64,000 nucleotides of DNA from Cyanophora paradoxa CCMP329. Lineage: Eukaryota; Plantae; Glaucophyta. The notes below the pieces were generated by a model. That model saw only the letters and a program-made list of their open reading frames with translations, searched no databases and was not told where the DNA came from. Location: NCBI GenBank assembly GCA_004431415.1, contig QPMI01000058.1, forward strand, positions 248,001 through 312,000, given 5' to 3'. Every line of letters begins with the position of its first letter. Positions within the stretch are counted from its first letter, which is position 1. This document shows positions 25,101 to 38,269 of this stretch, piece by piece. The position numbers and the translations under genes were made by a program.

Positions 25101-28100
25101 TCCTCCTCGCGCCGCCTGCCCTCCTCCTCCTCGCGCCGCCTGCGCTCCTCCTCCTCCGCGCGCTTCTTGCGTTCCTCAGCCTCCCTCTTCAGCCGCGCCT
25201 CCTCCTCCGCCGCTGCCCTGCGCCGCTTCCTTTCTGCCTCCGCCTCCTCCTCCTCGAGTCGCAGCCGCTCTGCTTCCTCCTCGAGCCGCAGCCGCTCCTC
25301 CGCCGCTTCCCGCCGCCTCCGCTCTTCCTCCGCCAGTCTCACCCGCTCCTCCTCCTCCTCCCGCCTGCGCCGTTCCTCCTCCTCGCGCCTGCGGCGCTCC
25401 TCCTCCTCCCGCCTCAGCCGTTCCTCCTCCTCGGCCTTCCGGCGCCGCTCCGCCTCCTCCTCGCGCCGCTTCTGCTCCTCCTCCTCCTCGCGCCTGCGGC
25501 GCTCTTCTTCTTCTCGGCGCCTTCGCTGCTCCTCTTCCTCCTCGCGGCGCCGCCGCTCTTCCTCCTCCGCCTCGCGGTGCCGCCTCTCGATCTCCCCCCG
25601 CTTGCGTCGTTCCTCCTCTTCCCTCCGCTTGCGCTCCTCCTCCTCCTCTTCCTCCCGCCGCCGCCGCTCCTCCTCGGCCCTTCGTAGCCGCTCTTCTTCC
25701 AGGCGCTGCAGCCGCTCCTCTTCATCCAGCAGCGCCCTGCGCCTCCGCTCCTCCTCCTCGAGAAGGGCCCGCCGCCTGCGCATCTCCTCCTCCGCCTCCT
25801 CCTGCAGCCGCCGCCGCTCGGCGGCCGCCGCCTCGCGCCGCGCCCGCGCCTCCGCCGCCTCCCGCTCCGCCTCTTTGGCCTCAGCGGAAATGACGTCGGC
25901 GATCGTCACGTGGTGCGACGCGTGCTCCGTGAACTGCGAACGAAGTTCGTGTTGGGGGGTACCGGCTTCAAGGATGAAAGGGAGGGGGTACCTGGACGTC
26001 CCACACGGAGAGCATCCGGTCGACGAACGCGACGACCTGGGTGGAGGGGTGGGGGATGAGGCGGGGCGGGGGTACCGGGCGTCGGAGAAGGTTGGGGGGA
26101 GGGGTACCATGCACGAGTCGAAGAGCACGAGATTGTTCACGCCGAACTGGTGGCGCTGCAGGGAGGGAAGGGGAGGCCCGCTCGGACAAAGAGAAGGGGG
26201 GTACAGGAAAGGGGGTAGGGGTACCTGGAGGTGGCGGACGAGCTCGAAGGGTGGCTGGGTGTCCCACACGTAGACGCACCCGTCCACCGCCCCCGACACC
26301 ATGCGGCCCTGCCGGCCCAGAGCGAAGGGCGTGAGCGGCCTGTAATGCTGTACTCGACGGCGAGGGGGGCGGGGAGCCCCCACCCTAGGCCATCCTCGGG
26401 CCCGTCGAAAGGGCGGGAGAGGGCGGGCGGGCCTTGGGCCCGTAGCGGGGGGCGGGCGGCCCGTGCCCACCCACCGCCTCCCCCTCTTAACGCCCCCCGC
26501 TCCATGTACCCCCCCCCGGCTCTCCCGTACCCCCCGGACGGACCTGGACGTCGACGAGGGCCTTGACGGCCTTCGTGTGCTTCGCGATCGTCCGCAGCGG
26601 CTTGAACGTCTGCCGCGCCCCGGCGTCAGGGCCGGGGCGGCCGGGCGGGAGGAGGAGGCAAAAGCGAAGGCGACGTGAAGGCGGGCCTTAGGAGATTATT
26701 TAGTCCTATCATCAATTAGGAATGAGGAGAAGGGGGCGCACGAAGGAGTCCCAGACGGAGATGGAGTGGTCGTCCGAGGCGGCCCAGAAGGTCCGCCCGT
26801 CCGCCGCCGGCACGACCTGCGCGTGGGAGGCGGGAGGAGGGACGGGGGTTGGAAGGAGAGGCGGCTCGCGAGGCCAGCTTGGACGAGGGGAGGGGAGACA
26901 GCGCACGACGTTGACGTAGTCGGTGTGGATGGCGAGCCGGTGCAGCGTCGCGCAGCTCTGCGGGGCGGGGCGAGGCGAGGCGAGGCTGAGGGGAGGGGGA
27001 GGGGAGCGGGGCGGGGCAGAGCAGAGCGGAGCGGAGCGGGCTCCGGGAGTAAAGCCCAGCGGGGCTTGCCGCGCACGACGGCATCGAGGAGCAAAGAAAA
27101 TAGGTCTTATAAGACGCTATGTGGTTGGGGCGGGGCGGGGCCGAGCCGCGCACGAGGGCGCCGAGGACGTACAGGCAGCGGACGTCTTATAAGACGTTAC
27201 GTAGTCTTATCATTAACAAGGAATAAGTCGTATACGACGTTTTATGGTTTCATCATTAAGAGTAAAGCGGGGCCGAGCCACGCACGAGGGCGTCGAGGGC
27301 GTAGAGGCAGCGGTCGTCCGAGGCGGCGATCACCCGGTCCCGCACCACGCACCTGGCAAGGGGGGTACGAAGTAGAGGGGGGGGAGGGGAGGGGAGGGGA
27401 GGGGAGGGGAGGGAGGGGGGGGGGGCGGTTAGAGTTGCGAGGCGCGTGTGCCGGGCACAGCCTAGCCTAGCCTAGCCTAGGAAGGGGGGGGCGGGGGGGG
27501 GGGGGGTAGGGCGTACATGCAGTTGATGGCGCGGGAGGAGGGGTGCACCTCCCGCAGCTTCTCCTGGTTCTGGCGGGAGGAGCGTGCGTAAGAGAAGAGG
27601 GGGGAGGGGAGGGGAGTGGAGGGGAGGGAGGGGAGGGAGGGGAGGGGGGGGGGGGGGGGGGGGGCTTCTAAGAGCTAGCTGTGCCGAGAAGTCTTATGAG
27701 ACATTATTATAAACGAAGCGCACGGAGAGGCGCCAGACAATGACGGAGCCGTCTTAGAAATCGTTACAGGGCCCCGCACTAAACAGTCCAGATTAGGGCA
27801 TGTCTATGTCCTATGAGTCTTGTCTTATATGAGTCTTATTAGAGATTATTATATGAGTCTCATAAGACATTGAAGCGCACGGAGAGACGCCAGACGATGA
27901 CGGAGCCGTCCCGGCCCCCGCTCCACACTGTGTCGTACACCTGGGGGCGGGGGGCGGGCCGGCCGGTCAGGAAAGGAAGAAAGACGAAGAGAAGAATAGA
28001 AGGGGGGGAATGGGGTATAGGGGCGCACCAGGGCGAGGCACTTGACGCCGGCGCGGTGCCCCTGCAGCGCCCGCACCTGCGCAGACAGAAGTTAATGATA

Positions 28101-30072
28101 AACGCATACAACGTCTTATAAGACTTGTTCCTTGATTTCGCGAGGGAAGACGCCACGGGACGCGCCCGGAGGGAGACTGCTATGGGGCGGGCGGGGCGGG
28201 GCGGGGCGGGGCGGGGCGGGGCGGGCCGAGGTCCTTTAGGGCGGACCGATGCCCTTTAGCTATAGACAGCTCCAGGGCGGGGCGGGGCGGGGCGGGCACG
28301 CCTTGTCCTCGTTGTCCTCCTCGTGGCTCCAGATGCCGATGGTGCGGTCGTAGCTCGCCGACCAGATGTACTCCCCGACCCGCAGCTGCGCCCCCGTTAG
28401 TCAGGCCAGGCCCGGCTCGACGAGAAAGCTGGCTAGCTGGCTAGCCGGGCTGGCGGCCGGCCTAGGGCGGGCGGGGGCGCACGAGGCCGCTAGCCGCTAG
28501 CCGCTAGGCTCGATCGTGTCGGCTAGCGGCTAGCTAGCTGGCCGGGCTCGCCAGGGCGTGGGCTAGCCCAGCTAGCGGGCGGGGGCGCAAGAAGTTTAAG
28601 AAGCTCTCTAAGAAGCGTAGAGGCTAGCTGGAGCTCGGCTCGGCCGGCCCGCTCGGCCAAGTGTTAAGATGGCCGGCCGGCTCGTATGGATAGCGGGGGC
28701 GGACGAGGAGGGCGTCGACGGCCTAGCCGCTAGCCGCGAGAGGGATGCATGTATGGGCGCGGGGCGCGGGGGGCGGGCGGGGGGGCGGGCGGGCGGGGGC
28801 GCACGAGGGCGTTGACGACGTCGGCGTGGCCGTTGAGGCGGCGCACGAGGCGGCCCCGCTTGTTGTACACGTCGATCACGCTGAAAGAGGGGGAGGCAGG
28901 AGGGTTAGGTTAGGTTAGGTTAGGTAGGAGGCGGGCGCGCTCTAAAGAACTTTCCAAGGGATTTCTGTGTTTCTTAAGAGGGGGAGGTTAGGTTAGGTTC
29001 AGATTGCAGGTGGGCAGCTAGGGGGAGGGGGGGTTCCTTCTCGAAGGCCGCCCCCTCCTAGGGGTGGGGAGGGGCGGGAGGGGGGGGGGGGGGTGGGTGG
29101 GGGTACCTGTCGCCGGCGCCGACCCAGACGCGGTTCTCGACGGAGACGATCGCCCGCACGTTGTACACGTGGCCCTAAGCCGGCGCAGAAGTCAAGCAGA
29201 AGTCAGCGATGGAACCTTATAGGACCATATAATAATAACAATAACAGGAAGTCAACGCTGATGGGATAATAATAGGACCATAGGCTCGGAGCTCACGATG
29301 GCCGTATCATCAACAAGGAACGAGGCCCTGAGGACCACGCAGCGTCTTCCAAGGCTCCTTCCTTGTTGATGATAAGACTATGTCACGTCTTATAAGGCTC
29401 GTTCCTTGTTGATAATATAACCATAGGCTCGCAACGGGGGCGGCGCTCGGGTTCGCAAGGGACGGGGGCTCGGGGCGGGGGGCGGGGGGCGGGGAACGGG
29501 GGGCGGGGTAAGAGACCTTGCGCGGGGTGGCGGCGGCGGCGGCGAGGGAGGGGCCCCCCGGCGAGTACACGAGCTGCGGCGGCGGCTCAAGTCAGAAGAA
29601 GAAGGGGGAGAGGAGGAGAGGCCTTTTAAAGGACTTCTAAAGGATTTCTCTCTTTCTTAGAGAAGAGTAGAGCAGAGGGGCGCACGGAGGAGGAGAGGGA
29701 GGCACTTAAGACTTCTGAACGATGTCCTTCGGATTCTAAGGAAGGACTTCTAACAGATTCTAAAGGATTCTAAAGGATTTCTCTCTTTCTTAGAGAGGGG
29801 CGCACGGAGGAGGAGAGGGAGGCGGTGGAGGCGCGGGCCCGGGCGCTCCCGAAGCCGAAGCCGCCGCCGGCGCCGCCTCCGCTCGGGCTCTCCCCCACGT
29901 CCGCCGACGAGACCTGCGGGGCCGCGGGCTCAGGAGGAGGAGGCGGGGGAGGTGGGGGGAACGGAGGGGTTAGGTGGATAGGTGGATGATAGATGGGGAG
30001 CCGCAGTGTATCCCGGGGAGCGCGCGGGGGCGAGCGCACGCGCGGGGGCATGGGCGAGGAGAATTCCCCGGC

Positions 30073-30166
<94 letters not shown>

Positions 30167-31803
30167 TAGATACATTAGATAGATAGATAGATAGAGGCGT
30201 ATGCGTGGGACTGAGAGCCGGGGCTAGGAAGAGGACTAGGAGCCGTGGGCTGAGGACTAGGAGGGGCGGCTACGAGGGCGCGGGCGCGGGCGGGCGCGGG
30301 GGCGCGGTGGCGCACGCGCGGGGGCATGGGCGAGGCGAAGTCGGAGCGGCGGGAGCCGGCCGTGAACTCGGGACCCGAGGACCTCCCCGATCCGGAGCTC
30401 GTCAGCAGCGCCGCCGCCGACGCCGGCCGCTGCGCGCGTGTTAGAAGCCGACGCCTCTTTTTAGATTAGAATATCTAAACAATTGGAAGCTTCGATTGGA
30501 AGCTCCCTAGGCTCATCAGAGGGGGCGCTTGGTCCTTCTTAAGAGGCTTTGATTAGACTCGCTTGGCTCGCTCGCTCGCTCGCGCACCGCGCCGGAGGAT
30601 CGCTTGGCGGGGCTCGAAGGGGGGCGTTCGAAGGAGATCGAGCGCCGGAAGGGCGAACGGTCCTCCCGCTTCGTCACAACCTGAACAAGCTGAGAAGAAG
30701 AGGGGGAGGAGAGAAGGGCGGGGGAGATGGACCTGGGAGGGTACGGGCTTGGACGTGTCGAGGAAGCTGAGCTGGAGGCCCTCATGCAGGGCCCGCGTGT
30801 GGCCACGGGCGGAGAGGTGCAGCGACGAGACGGAGGCAGAGACGGAGGGGCCGCCGCCGCTGGCGCGGCCCGCGCCGGCCCCGGCCCCGGCCCTGGCTCG
30901 GGTTTGCTTGTTGTCCCGCCCCAGGCTCATAGTGGCCAGGCTCGAGCCCGCGGCGCTGCTCCGCAGGCTCTGCTGGTACGCCTTCATCTTCGCCTCGTAC
31001 CCCTCGGGCGAGGCGCGGGGCCGCGCAGAGGCGGGGACGGCGGCCCGCAGGTCGGCGACGGAGTGGCGGAGGCCGGCGGCGGCGGCGGCGGCGGCGGCGC
31101 CGGCCGACGGGTCCGATCCCTTCCGCATGGTGGCGCGCCACGTCCTCATGATAGACTTGGGAGTCTTGGGGCTCTCCGGCACAGCCGCAGAGGAGGCCGC
31201 GGCCGCGGCCGCGGCATCGGCCCCGTCGGGGTCGACCGACAGGCCGCGCGCCGGACCCGAGGCGGCGCTCGCGGGGCGCCGGACGACCTTGGGCGACGGA
31301 GGAGACTCCGGCTCGGCCACGGTGGCGCGGCGCGGGCCGCGCGGCACGACGGGCGACGAGGAGGGCTTCAAGGGCGGCGGGGCCGCCAGCCCGTGGCTCA
31401 CGGAAGCGCTGGCCCGATGCGTCCGCGGCACCACAGGCGACCCCGTGGCCCGCGCCGAAGCCGGCGCGTGGATGGATCCCGCGGATGCCGAGTGTACACC
31501 ACGCGAGCTCGTCCGCGCTGACGTGGGGGCGCCGGAGGTCTGGGCCAGCCGCGACGTCGAGAACGTTGAAGATCCGTTCGTTAGCGTCTTGGCGCTCGCC
31601 GTGCTGGAGCGGAGAGCGGCGCTTGTCGCTGCACGGCCAGATGCGCTGGCGGACGCAGGCCGGGTCGCCGCCGATGCCGCCGCGGGTCTCCCCGATCCGC
31701 TGGCTGACACAGGCCTGGCGGTAGGCTGAGCAGCGGCAGGCCGAGCCCGAGTGGGCTCGCGGTCGCCGTCATCTCGGAAGATTGCCGCCACGCCAGGCCG
31801 CAT
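19166..31803 (-). CDS. Large multi-exon gene: low-complexity N-terminus, WD40 repeats, E/R-rich charged helix, fimbrin/plastin-type CH domains
   Basis: WD40 exons (HADVVNAL, YIWSASYDRTIGIW, TVWSGGRDGSVIVW, TFWAASDDHSISVWD, MVSGAVDGCVYVWD); ~1.1-kb EEEERRRR exon at ~24750-25900; fimbrin-like exons (LVNIAYPGTIDDRVI, RAWINGLG, ENCNYALSVAK, GTDIADGVRKFILG..WQLRRY, DLIKWAN, FREKSLKNGLWL). Confidence 0.7.
30073..30195. repeat. (GATA)n microsatellite in an intron
   Basis: Long, near-uninterrupted ATAG/GATA tandem run. Confidence 0.95.
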
Positions 31804-32200
31804 GGTCTGCCACGGCCGGGAACTGAGTAGGCAGATTCGACAACGAGCGGGAGCTTCGAGGCACCTCGAGTGCGGCCTCGCGGCACTAGACTCGGTCGGC
31901 GCGGCGGATGGCCTGTAACACCGGCGTCAACCTCCCGCTCAAATCCACTCGCGCCTGGGTGCGTCTGCGAGCGTCTTGGCGAGCTCGCCGACGAACGGCG
32001 CCAACAGATTCTGCGGGTACAGCTCCAGTTCGGGGGTACAAGACCCGCGCCCAGAGCTTCGTCCTGTCCACCGCAAGCCCGAACTCGGAAGGAGCAGAGC
32101 AAGGAATCGAGTTCTTTATCTGGCGCGCAGCGAAAGCCTCTCCTGGGCGCGCCAGCCCAGCGCCGTCGTTCCGTCCGCGCGGATCGGCGCGCGCGGAGCG

Positions 32201-35200
32201 ATGACAGCCTCCGTTGACGACATCGCTGCTCGCCTTTGCGGTGCTCTCCCCCCCCTCCGCGCTGGGCAGCTCTTCGTACGACCGCTGACGTCGGCCGCAG
32301 CTGCCCCGCCGCCGCCGCTTGAGATCGACAGTGGTCTCAGCACCCTCAAGGCGGCAGTCGCGGCGCGTGCAGTCAATGGGGCGACCGCCCGCGCGTCTCC
32401 TCAGGCGGGCCGGAGCCCACGAGACCGACTGCATCGACCGAGCCCGCAGCCGTCGCCTCTCTCCGGGGAGATTCGCGTCACCGACGGGTTCACCAACTTT
32501 GCTATCGCCTTTCTGGTGCGCTTCCGCGCCCCGCGCGCGCCCCGCTCGGCATGCAACGCCCGCCCACGGCGCCCGGCCTGCGCGCGTTGCAGGCCGCTTC
32601 CCTCGTCTGGCAGGCGATTCGCAACTACAGGGAGTACGGGCTTCTCGCCGACTTCAAGGTAGCGGCGGCGCTTCTCGACAACTTCTGGTGCGGCCCGAAG
32701 CCGCGCCGGCGCGCCCCGCGCTACTTGACTGCAGCTGACGCCCGTGCGCAGGCTCATGTGCGCCCGCCCGCCCGCTCCCGGCGCCCCGCGCACCGCGGGA
32801 CCGTTCGAAAGTCTCGCGCGCGCAGGTGCCTCGTGTGGGTCGCGTCCGTCTGCTTCTCCTTCTCCGTGGTCGGGGTGGCGGTCGCGCACCAGGTCAGAAT
32901 TTGATCCGATCAAATTCGAATGAATTGCTCGCCCGCCCGGCTTAGATCGAATTCGATCGCAGCGTGGTCTGCTCGGGGACGTCTCGACGGTGCTCGTCTA
33001 CAGCGCGACGCAGGCGGCCCTCTTCGGATTCGACCTCGCGTTCCTCGCCCTCGGGCCCCTCGACTCGCCCCGTGCGCCCGCCCCGCCCCGCCCCGCCCCG
33101 CCCCGCCCCGCCGCCTCGGCTTCCTATGGGCGCAGTCATGCGCGGCTTTAGAAGTCTGCAAGTCTTATTCTTATTATGAGTCTTGTCATCTAAGTCACGT
33201 TTCGCAGTCATGCGCGGCTCGCTGGCGATGCAGATGTTCGTTCTCTCCTTCAAGATGCACTCCTACTTCATGAACAACCTGTGCGCCCCGCCCCGCCCCG
33301 CTCCGTCCCCGTCGCTTGCTCGCTGGATAAGTCAATTCTTAAAACGAGACCTGTGCGGCCCGCCTCGCTGGATAAGACGAGTCTTATAATGTCTTGTAAG
33401 ACTCATAAGACAAGAGTTTGAAGACATAGATGGCCTTATAGGGACTTTTTTCTAATTTGGCGCCCCGCCCCGCCCCCGTCGCTTGCTTGCTCGGCCCTTC
33501 GCTATTCCCTCCGTCCGTCCGGCGCGTCGAGCCGAGCCCCGCGCGCGCCCCTCGCAGGCACCTTATAGTAATAATAATGTCTATTATGTCTTGTAAGACT
33601 CTTAAGACAAGACTCCTTACACAAAAGACGCAGTCACCTGGAGCAGGAGTGGCGCGAGCGGGCGGCGCGGGCCAAGGCCAAGGGCGGCGGCGACGGCGCC
33701 CCCGGCGCCGGCGGGGCGGACTCGGCGGACTCGGCGGCGTCGGAAGAGGCCGCCGCCTGCCAGACCTGCGACCTCCCCCCGCCCGGATGGACCCCCACCG
33801 GCGACGTGTACCCCTCCTCCTCGGGGTCCGCCAGCCCGATCCAGCCCCGATCCCCGTACCCCCTTCCTCACCCCGAATCCAGGTACCCCTCGAACCTGAC
33901 GCTGGCGGACTTCGCGCGGTTCCTGTGCCTCCCGACCCTCGTCTACGACGAGCGGTTCCCCCTCACGCGGCGCCGCCGCTGGGGCTCCGTCGCCCGCGCC
34001 GCCCTCTCCTCCTTCCTCGTCCTCTCCACCATGTACAGCCTCCGTGCGTACCCCGTCCCGGCCCGGGCCGTCCCCTTAGCCTTCCCTCGTTAAGGGGCAG
34101 AAGGAAGGGTAAGGGGCAGCTAAAGGGACGGACGTACCCCGTACCCCGCCTCGTCTTCTTTCCCCCCCCCCCCTCCGTCATCTTAGCCGGCCCTCCTCCT
34201 TTTTTTTCGCCGCAGTCGTGCACCACATGCTCCCCATCATGGCTCAGGTCCTTTTTGCATTTTTTTGCATCCGGCTGCTCGGCTCCGCTCTTTCCCTCTC
34301 GCTTCTCTTACCCCTCCTCGCCCCCTCCCCCCAGGCCTCCCGAATCAGCCTACCCTACCTCATCCTCGAACTCTCCGTACCCTCCATGCTCTTCTGGATC
34401 GCCGCGTGCGTAGTTCGCTTTGCCTGTACCCCCTATTCCGGTCGCTTAGTGGGGGTACCAGGTTCTTCGTCGTTTTCCACTGCGGATTCAACGCCTGGGC
34501 CGAGATCGTCGGAATGGCCGACCGTGATTTCTATCAGGTACCCCCCGCTTGTTCCTCTCCACTTGCCCCTTCTTCTTGCTTCGCTCGTTTCCAACGCGCC
34601 CCCGCCCGCCGCGCAGGACTGGTGAGAGGACGCCGCCCGCGCGCCGCCGTGTCCCTCGTACCCCCCTCACCCGGCTCGAATTCGCGTACCTAGGTGGAAC
34701 GCGACGTGCATGCAGGAGTTCTGGCGGAAGTGGTGCGGTACCCCCATAGCCCTCGCGAGCGCCTCCTCCCGTTCTCCTGACCTTGTCGACCTTTTCGGCC
34801 GGCAGGAACCGACCCGTCTACAAGTGGATGTGCCGGGTGCGCCGCCGCGCGCCTCCCGCCCCTCGAGCACTCCTCACGCCGTGCCGCGCCCCACGCCCCG
34901 CGCCCCGGGCAGCACGTCTACGTCGAGAGGTGCGTCCCTTCCACGCACAGCCCTGGCCTTGCCCTGGCCCGGCCTCGGAGCCGAGCCGGCCATCCCGCCT
35001 GCCGCCCCCGCACCGCCCCGCACCGCCTCGAGTATCTGACGAGGGCCTCGCCTCGGCAGCATGAAGACGTGCGGGCGGCTGATGACGCCGCCGCTGGCCG
35101 CCGTCTCCACCATGCTCGTCACCGCCTTCCTCCACGAGGTGCTCAAAGCTGTCGCTTCTAGAGGATCTAGATCTAAGAGTTCTAATAGATAGCGGCTAAT

Positions 35201-35918
35201 AAAGCTGCTGCATAAGATCTATTAGCTAGAGCTCGCCACCGCCTTCCTCCGCGAGGCGAGCAGCGGCGCTGTTGGGAGGGGCGGAGGGCCCGTGGTTCAG
35301 AGGGGCCGCACTCGAGCTCCATCCCGCTAACTGCGCTGCGCGCGCTCGCTGCTGGCAGGTGGTGCTGACGTGCGCGATCCGGATGGTGCGGCCCTGGATG
35401 TTCGCCATCATCCTGGTACCCCCCGCCCCGCCCCGCCCCACCCCACCCCGCCCTGCCCCGCCCCTAGCTATGCCTCAGCAGCCTCAGCCCCTCTTGATTT
35501 CTTCTTCGAATTCGCAGGTTCAGGTGCCCTACATGTACGTCTCGTCGCTCTTCAAGGGCACGGCTGTCGGCAACGCCTTCGTCGTCGTCGGCATGTTCGT
35601 CGGTGCGCGCGCCCGCCCGCGCCGGCGAGCCGCTGATCGTGAGTGAGGGAGGATCGCTTTTGATTGCGTGCGTGCGTGCAGGCATGCCTCTCCTGTGGTG
35701 CGCCGTCTCAGATCTGATCAGAGTCTGCTGCTGGCCTTGCGCTCCCCGCTGCTTAGGCTTAGGCTTCAACACCCCCCCCCCCTCCCCCCCCCCTGAAGCC
35801 TTGTCCCTTGAGCCTGCAGCTGGCCCCTTCTCGCTCACTCTTCTCGCGCCGCAGGATGCTCTACGCCCGCGAGGTGGTCATGGCCTCCGCCGCGGCCGCG
35901 GGGTGCAGCCAGTGTTGA
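32201..35918 (+). CDS. MBOAT acyltransferase of the sterol O-acyltransferase/DGAT1 family
   Basis: RPSPLS, SFKMHSY, YPSNLTLADFARFLCLPTLVY, FYQ-DW-WNA, EFWRKW-NRPVYKW, active-site AFLHE; TGA 35916-35918. Confidence 0.9.
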
Positions 35919-36232
35919 CGTCGACCGCGGCCCATTTTGATCGCCTCCTCCGTACGCGTGTATACGTACAGGGTTTCAAGTCCCGTAGTAGCCCGTTTGC
36001 GCATGCTTATGCTCGCCCAGCTATACATAGGCCTCCTCCGTGTACATACCTACGATTTTCTGCAGCGGTATCTCTAGCTATAGGATTTCAATTGCAAGCC
36101 CCGGCGTAGTCGCGCGTACGGCAAGCAACGTGATTCAGGACAGTAGTCGCAGACTCGCATTTCAGAGCTAAAGGAACCGACCATTGAATAGTTTTCGTTG
36201 TCAACGTTGTAATTTCAATTTTCCAGAATAGC

Positions 36233-36265
36233 TCAGATGATCATGAATTCGAATTGCGCAGGGAT

Positions 36266-36298
<33 letters not shown>

Positions 36299-36960
36299 CG
36301 TCGGTCTAGCGTCGCGAGGAGGGAGTACGGGGCGGGGCAGGGCGGGCGTCTGCTTCCAGTACTTCGAAACTGTGCCAGGATCGAAGCCCGAGCCGATGTC
36401 AACGTTGGATCCGGAGCGCAACGGCTTGATCTCCCAGCCGCAGCCGCACGCCAGGAAGATCTAGAGCCGCAGCGTCCCTCACGCCAGGCTGCAGGACGCT
36501 GCGGCTCTCCGGGCCACAGCGTCACTGAGGCTGCCCCCCGTCCCGTGCAGCTTGCAGCCCAGGCAGGCCCGGCCAAGGGGACGTTCACAGGAGGGGCCGG
36601 GAAGCCCGCGGCCGCCGCGCACTCCTGGCTTAAGCTTGATCGAGGCTTAAGATTACTTCTGCTCGTCGACAAGGCGCTCGTACGGCATCATGATCGGGTC
36701 CTGCCGCGCGCGGCGCCCGAGCGCGTCAGGTACCGGTCTACGTGCGGGCGCGGCCCGGATCCGGAATCCCTGCGGGCCGAGTCGGAGCGTAGGGGCGCGC
36801 GCGGGCCTGGCTCCGAGCGCGCACGCACGTGTCGAGGATGAGGGCGACGCTACTGAGGCGCCAGCTACACCCCGCGCCCCTTCGAACCCGCCGAACCTCA
36901 TCCGTACCCGCCCGCGCCCACGGACCGTCCGCTCGCGGCCTCCTGCCGCCCAACGGACCG
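36233..36960 (-). CDS. Small spliced gene or fragment of unknown function
   Basis: Exon-like peptides DPIMMPYERLVDEQK / IFLACGCGWEIKPLRSGSNVDIG / IPAQFEFMII* bounded by plausible splice sites. Confidence 0.3.
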
Positions 36961-38269
36961 CATCAGAAGCGCTGAAAGCGCGCGCTGCGGCGGCTGTGAG
37001 GCGCGTACCTGGTACGGGCGGTCGGAAGAGATGCGTCTAGATCTGGCCACGGCGCTCCGGCGACCGAGCTCGAGGCTCGCTACGGGGCTAGGCCCGAACG
37101 CGCGCGGGAGTAAAGCGTGAGCGAGAGCTCGAGAGCTTCGGCTCCGGAGCCTGCAGCTGTGGGTGTTGGCCACTGTGGGGCGCGAGCGGCGTGAGAGGCG
37201 CGAGTGCAGGGGTTACGCAGGGCGTTCTAGAACCTTGTAGAGGTACGATATGCACCCGGCCGGTCGATCGGTCGCGGTCTGGCGAGTCGGCGCCGAGTCG
37301 GCGGTGAGGGCGGCTCGGACCGCATCGTCGCCAGAAGTGCTTCGAGCGATGTCTAAAGAGTTCGCTTCAGTGTGCAAGCGGATTCGCCCGAGTCGGCGGC
37401 GAGTCGCCGAGTCGGCGAGTCCAACTTACGGGGTAGAGAAATCTCGGAGCTAGCAGCGCTGGGCCCGTCGCCAATTCAACTCAAACGGCGATTCCGCGCC
37501 GGTAGGTAGACCGCCCGCCCGCGCCAGTGCACCGCCGCAACCAGCTGCAGGTTCTCGTTCTTGTTGACGTCACGAACGCGACGATCGCTTCGAATTCCGT
37601 TATCCTGGCTCGCAGAGAAAAGGAGCGGAACTTTGCATATCACTTCAACGCTTCCCGCATCCTGGCCGCGGCCCGGCGGGGCGCACCAAGCTCTCTTCGT
37701 TCGGTGCGACCGTGCTCCGCTGTTCCTTGCAGTTGAAACCCACAATCCTTCGTAGACATTCCCGCGCGGGCCGTGGCGCCGCCCGGCCCTGGAATTCGGT
37801 CGATCGCTTCGTGGAAGCGCTAGCTCGGGTTCTCCCACCGGCGCCTCCAGGCGCTGAGCGCAGGAATCGCCACTAAGGATCGTGAAGATGCTTGCATCTC
37901 CTGGTGCGCGTGTGCGGCGGCGGGATCGCAGTTGCTGCCGCAGTCAACCACTGGCCATGGTCGCCGCGCGCGCGCGCAGTTCGCCCGGCATCGATTCAGA
38001 GGTTGGCGAGCGGAGCGCTTTGCGCTCGAGCGCCTGCGATCTCGCTTCTGCATCTGTCTTCGCCCCTCTCAGCATTCTATGCCGCAGGTGATCCCATTTT
38101 AAAATTTCTCGTACACGTGACTCTAACCGGCTGCGGTATCTTTCCAGTCGGTCCTCAACCGCTCACGCGTGCATCGGGCGGCCGCCAGCTCTTCCCAAAT
38201 CGCGTCATACTCCGAACCGGGCGCACACAGGCTGAAGGTCAGCAGTTGCTCCTGCCGTCTGGAGATTGC

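Noticed and set aside
24924-26273. 449-aa Ser/Arg-rich ORF on + and the many other overlapping ORFs in 1-38,000
   Set aside because: Antisense or off-frame shadows of spliced genes in very GC-rich DNA.
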